DNA of 6,611 nucleotides from a virus: IMG/VR virus record IMGVR_UViG_3300029736_000184, positions 1 to 6,611 of that record; one strand, 5' to 3'. Shown piece by piece: positions 5,255 to 6,611 of this stretch (position 1 is its first letter; each line of letters starts with the position of its first letter). The notes under the pieces were generated by a model. It saw only the letters and a program-made list of their open reading frames with translations, ran no database searches and was not told where the DNA came from. The position numbers and the translations under genes were made by a program.

Positions 5255-5335
5255 TTTTTATAAAAATGAGTGTTAAGTGTTTATACTGTCAAGTAATGGC
5301 TACCGGACCGCACCGCTGGTGCGGTTCCGGCAGCC
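5255..5335 (-). promoter_or_regulatory. Intergenic region upstream of rep containing (i) a minus-strand motif ACTTGACAGTATAAACACTTAACAC (5294..5270) resembling the phiX174 origin (CAACTTGATATTAATAACACTATAGAC) and the pC194-family CTTGATA nick consensus, and (ii) a 17-bp GC-rich imperfect hairpin 5298..5335 (ggctaccggaccgcacc-gctg-gtgcggttccggcagcc). Candidate plus-strand origin with nick site, and/or packaging signal or minus-strand origin hairpin.
   Basis: Sequence read directly. 12/16 identity to the phiX nick region as recalled. The hairpin has one bulge and one mismatch and is very GC-rich relative to the genome. Its location (between the last morphogenesis gene and rep) matches the Ff intergenic region. 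Confidence 0.5.
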
Positions 5336-5346
5336 ATGCCAACCAT

Positions 5347-5619
5347 TCACTCAATACCCAGGAAAGGAATCTTACGCAACACATACATAACAATCTTATA
5401 AACCTTCTCAAAATTCGCCACCACAATCACGAACGGCAACATAATTTTAACCAAATCCATGTTAAAGAACAAGAATACAAATCCAAGACCAGCACGCATG
5501 TATTGAAAGAGTGAATCCACTACCGTTTGTATCTCTGCCGGCAACTCTGGAAGATTAATCCATCCAAATATCAGTTTCAAGGCAGAAGAAAAGAGGTTAA
5601 ACACACTTTCCAAAATCAA
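5347..5619 (-). CDS. 90-aa hydrophobic protein with multiple TM segments, in the gene VI position after the pIII-like gene. pVI-like minor coat protein candidate. TTG start overlapping the pIII-like TGA (TTGA).
   Basis: GAGGTGAT SD (rc 5627..5634) sits 6 nt upstream of TTG 5619..5617. The protein is dominated by hydrophobic stretches (GLGFVFLFF, IMLPFVIVVANF). Confidence 0.55.
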   Translation of the reverse strand: MILESVFNLFSSALKLIFGWINLPELPAEIQTVVDSLFQYMRAGLGFVFLFFNMDLVKIMLPFVIVVANFEKVYKIVMYVLRKIPFLGIE

Positions 5620-6611
5620 TTCATCATCACCTCATTCCATTTTTCCTCACATAACTGCACAAATGCCATTACCAAATAGATACTTGTTACAGTCTTAATC
5701 GCAACAACGACAAAAGAAAAATTTGTATTTAAAAATACAGTCAGGTTAAAAGACATCTCAGGCCAGAGCAGATTTTCCATGATAGTGAAAGAGGGGAGTA
5801 CCAACACACAGTCTGTCTGGGATGAATTAACAAAAATATCAATGACCTCTAATAGTAAATCAATAGGGAAGGAGAGAAACCCAAACCTTTCACTGAACCA
5901 ACTATAGAGGTCATCAAAATAAGCCTTAAAATATTCATCCGAGGGAATGAAAAGTTTCTTCAAACCCTCAATGATAAAATTTCCATGGGACTCAATGGCT
6001 GTAGTAACTTTATCCGTATTAGTATTATCATTGTCTATTTGTTCGTCCACCTTATCCATGCTTTCCAAATGTTGCTGGTTCATTTTGTTATAGAGATTTG
6101 TAAACTCACCCGCAAGCTGATTCCAAAAAGCCGTAAGCTGACTAGAAATAGTTTGTATCGTATTCTTGATAAGCTCAATAATTGTGTCCCCCTGTTCCAC
6201 CTGCTGGGCTGTATTATCAGCAATGTTACTTTGCACATCCTGTGATGTCTGTGACCCCCCAGCTGTTGTATAATCTGGTGAAACAGTAGTTTTAATAAAA
6301 GATACACTAACATAACCACCATAAGGATACACAGTTGTAGCCGTATCCTTAACATGCACACCAACATCAATAAAATTAACAGAACCAACATCAATATTTA
6401 AATCAGTATACCAATCACCAGACTGCTGAACAAAATTAATATATGCATCATTATATTGCGGGGCAGCGTTAGAATTCCCCTTTGTAGAATTAACATAACA
6501 ATCATAATATTCAAGACCAGTATTAGAGCCAAAACGAACAGACATTTTATAAGTACCAGATGCAGGCAATGAAGCCTTTAATAAACGAACACGAAAACCT
6601 AATACAGACAC
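5616..6611 (-). CDS. C-terminal 298 codons of the 449-aa pIII-like adsorption / minor coat protein, plus a 99-nt redundant copy (6513..6611) of its middle. Beta-rich Tyr/Thr/Asn-rich central domains, a coiled-coil-like Gln/Asn-rich linker, and a C-terminal hydrophobic anchor (FSFVVVAIKTVTSIYLVMAFVQL), typical of pIII C-domains.
   Basis: ORF track entry, which is truncated at the window edge with an apparent GTG. It is in frame with rc(1..453) across the circular junction. Stop TGA 5618..5616. Confidence 0.65.
   Translation of the reverse strand: MSVLGFRVRLLKASLPASGTYKMSVRFGSNTGLEYYDCYVNSTKGNSNAAPQYNDAYINFVQQSGDWYTDLNIDVGSVNFIDVGVHVKDTATTVYPYGGYVSVSFIKTTVSPDYTTAGGSQTSQDVQSNIADNTAQQVEQGDTIIELIKNTIQTISSQLTAFWNQLAGEFTNLYNKMNQQHLESMDKVDEQIDNDNTNTDKVTTAIESHGNFIIEGLKKLFIPSDEYFKAYFDDLYSWFSERFGFLSFPIDLLLEVIDIFVNSSQTDCVLVLPSFTIMENLLWPEMSFNLTVFLNTNFSFVVVAIKTVTSIYLVMAFVQLCEEKWNEVMMN

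Noticed and set aside
5255-5294. TTGACA (rc 5288..5293) + 17 nt + TCATTT, or downstream TATAAA, as the rep promoter
   Set aside because: Hexamer spacing does not give a convincing -35/-10 pair. The TTGACA is at least as well explained as part of the CTTGACA nick-like motif. Kept only as a possibility.
4596-5514. Plus-strand ORFs 4596..4817 and 5215..5514
   Set aside because: Antisense to rep, the intergenic origin region and the pVI-like gene. No SD.
5985-6394. ORFs 5985..6245 (+) and 6080..6394 (-, Leu-rich 104 aa) inside the pIII-like gene
   Set aside because: These are alternate-frame artefacts of the Thr/Asn/Gln-rich codon run. There is no RBS and the main frame is clearly the coding one.

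Overview
The window appears to be a complete, circularly permuted small replicon of about 6512 bp. Positions 1..99 are repeated exactly at 6513..6611, and one long minus-strand ORF runs across that junction. Gene content and order look like a filamentous (inovirus-like) ssDNA phage, with almost everything on the window's minus strand. In transcription order: a two-tyrosine HUH rolling-circle Rep; a small RHH-like protein; a gVp-like ssDNA-binding candidate; a signal-peptide major coat protein; a strong intrinsic terminator; a truncated Zot/pI-family assembly ATPase; a translationally coupled 43-aa membrane ORF (too short for the ORF track, whose shortest entry is 61 aa); a secreted and membrane-anchored acidic protein; a 76-aa hypothetical protein; a 449-aa pIII-like adsorption protein that wraps the window ends; and a pVI-like hydrophobic protein. 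No secretin, integrase or lysis genes are visible. On the plus strand there is a separate module: a CopG/Arc-type RHH regulator followed by a 26-aa membrane peptide with its own strong SD. It is divergent from the structural operon and convergent with the Rep operon. A triple GTGAGTA(A/C)C operator-like repeat lies upstream, and a GC hairpin reads as a T-tract terminator on the opposite strand. The intergenic region upstream of rep carries a CTTGACA motif resembling phiX174/pC194-type nick sites, next to a long GC-rich imperfect hairpin. This is a candidate origin or packaging region. All functional calls are inferred from motifs and architecture read directly from the sequence. No database search was run.
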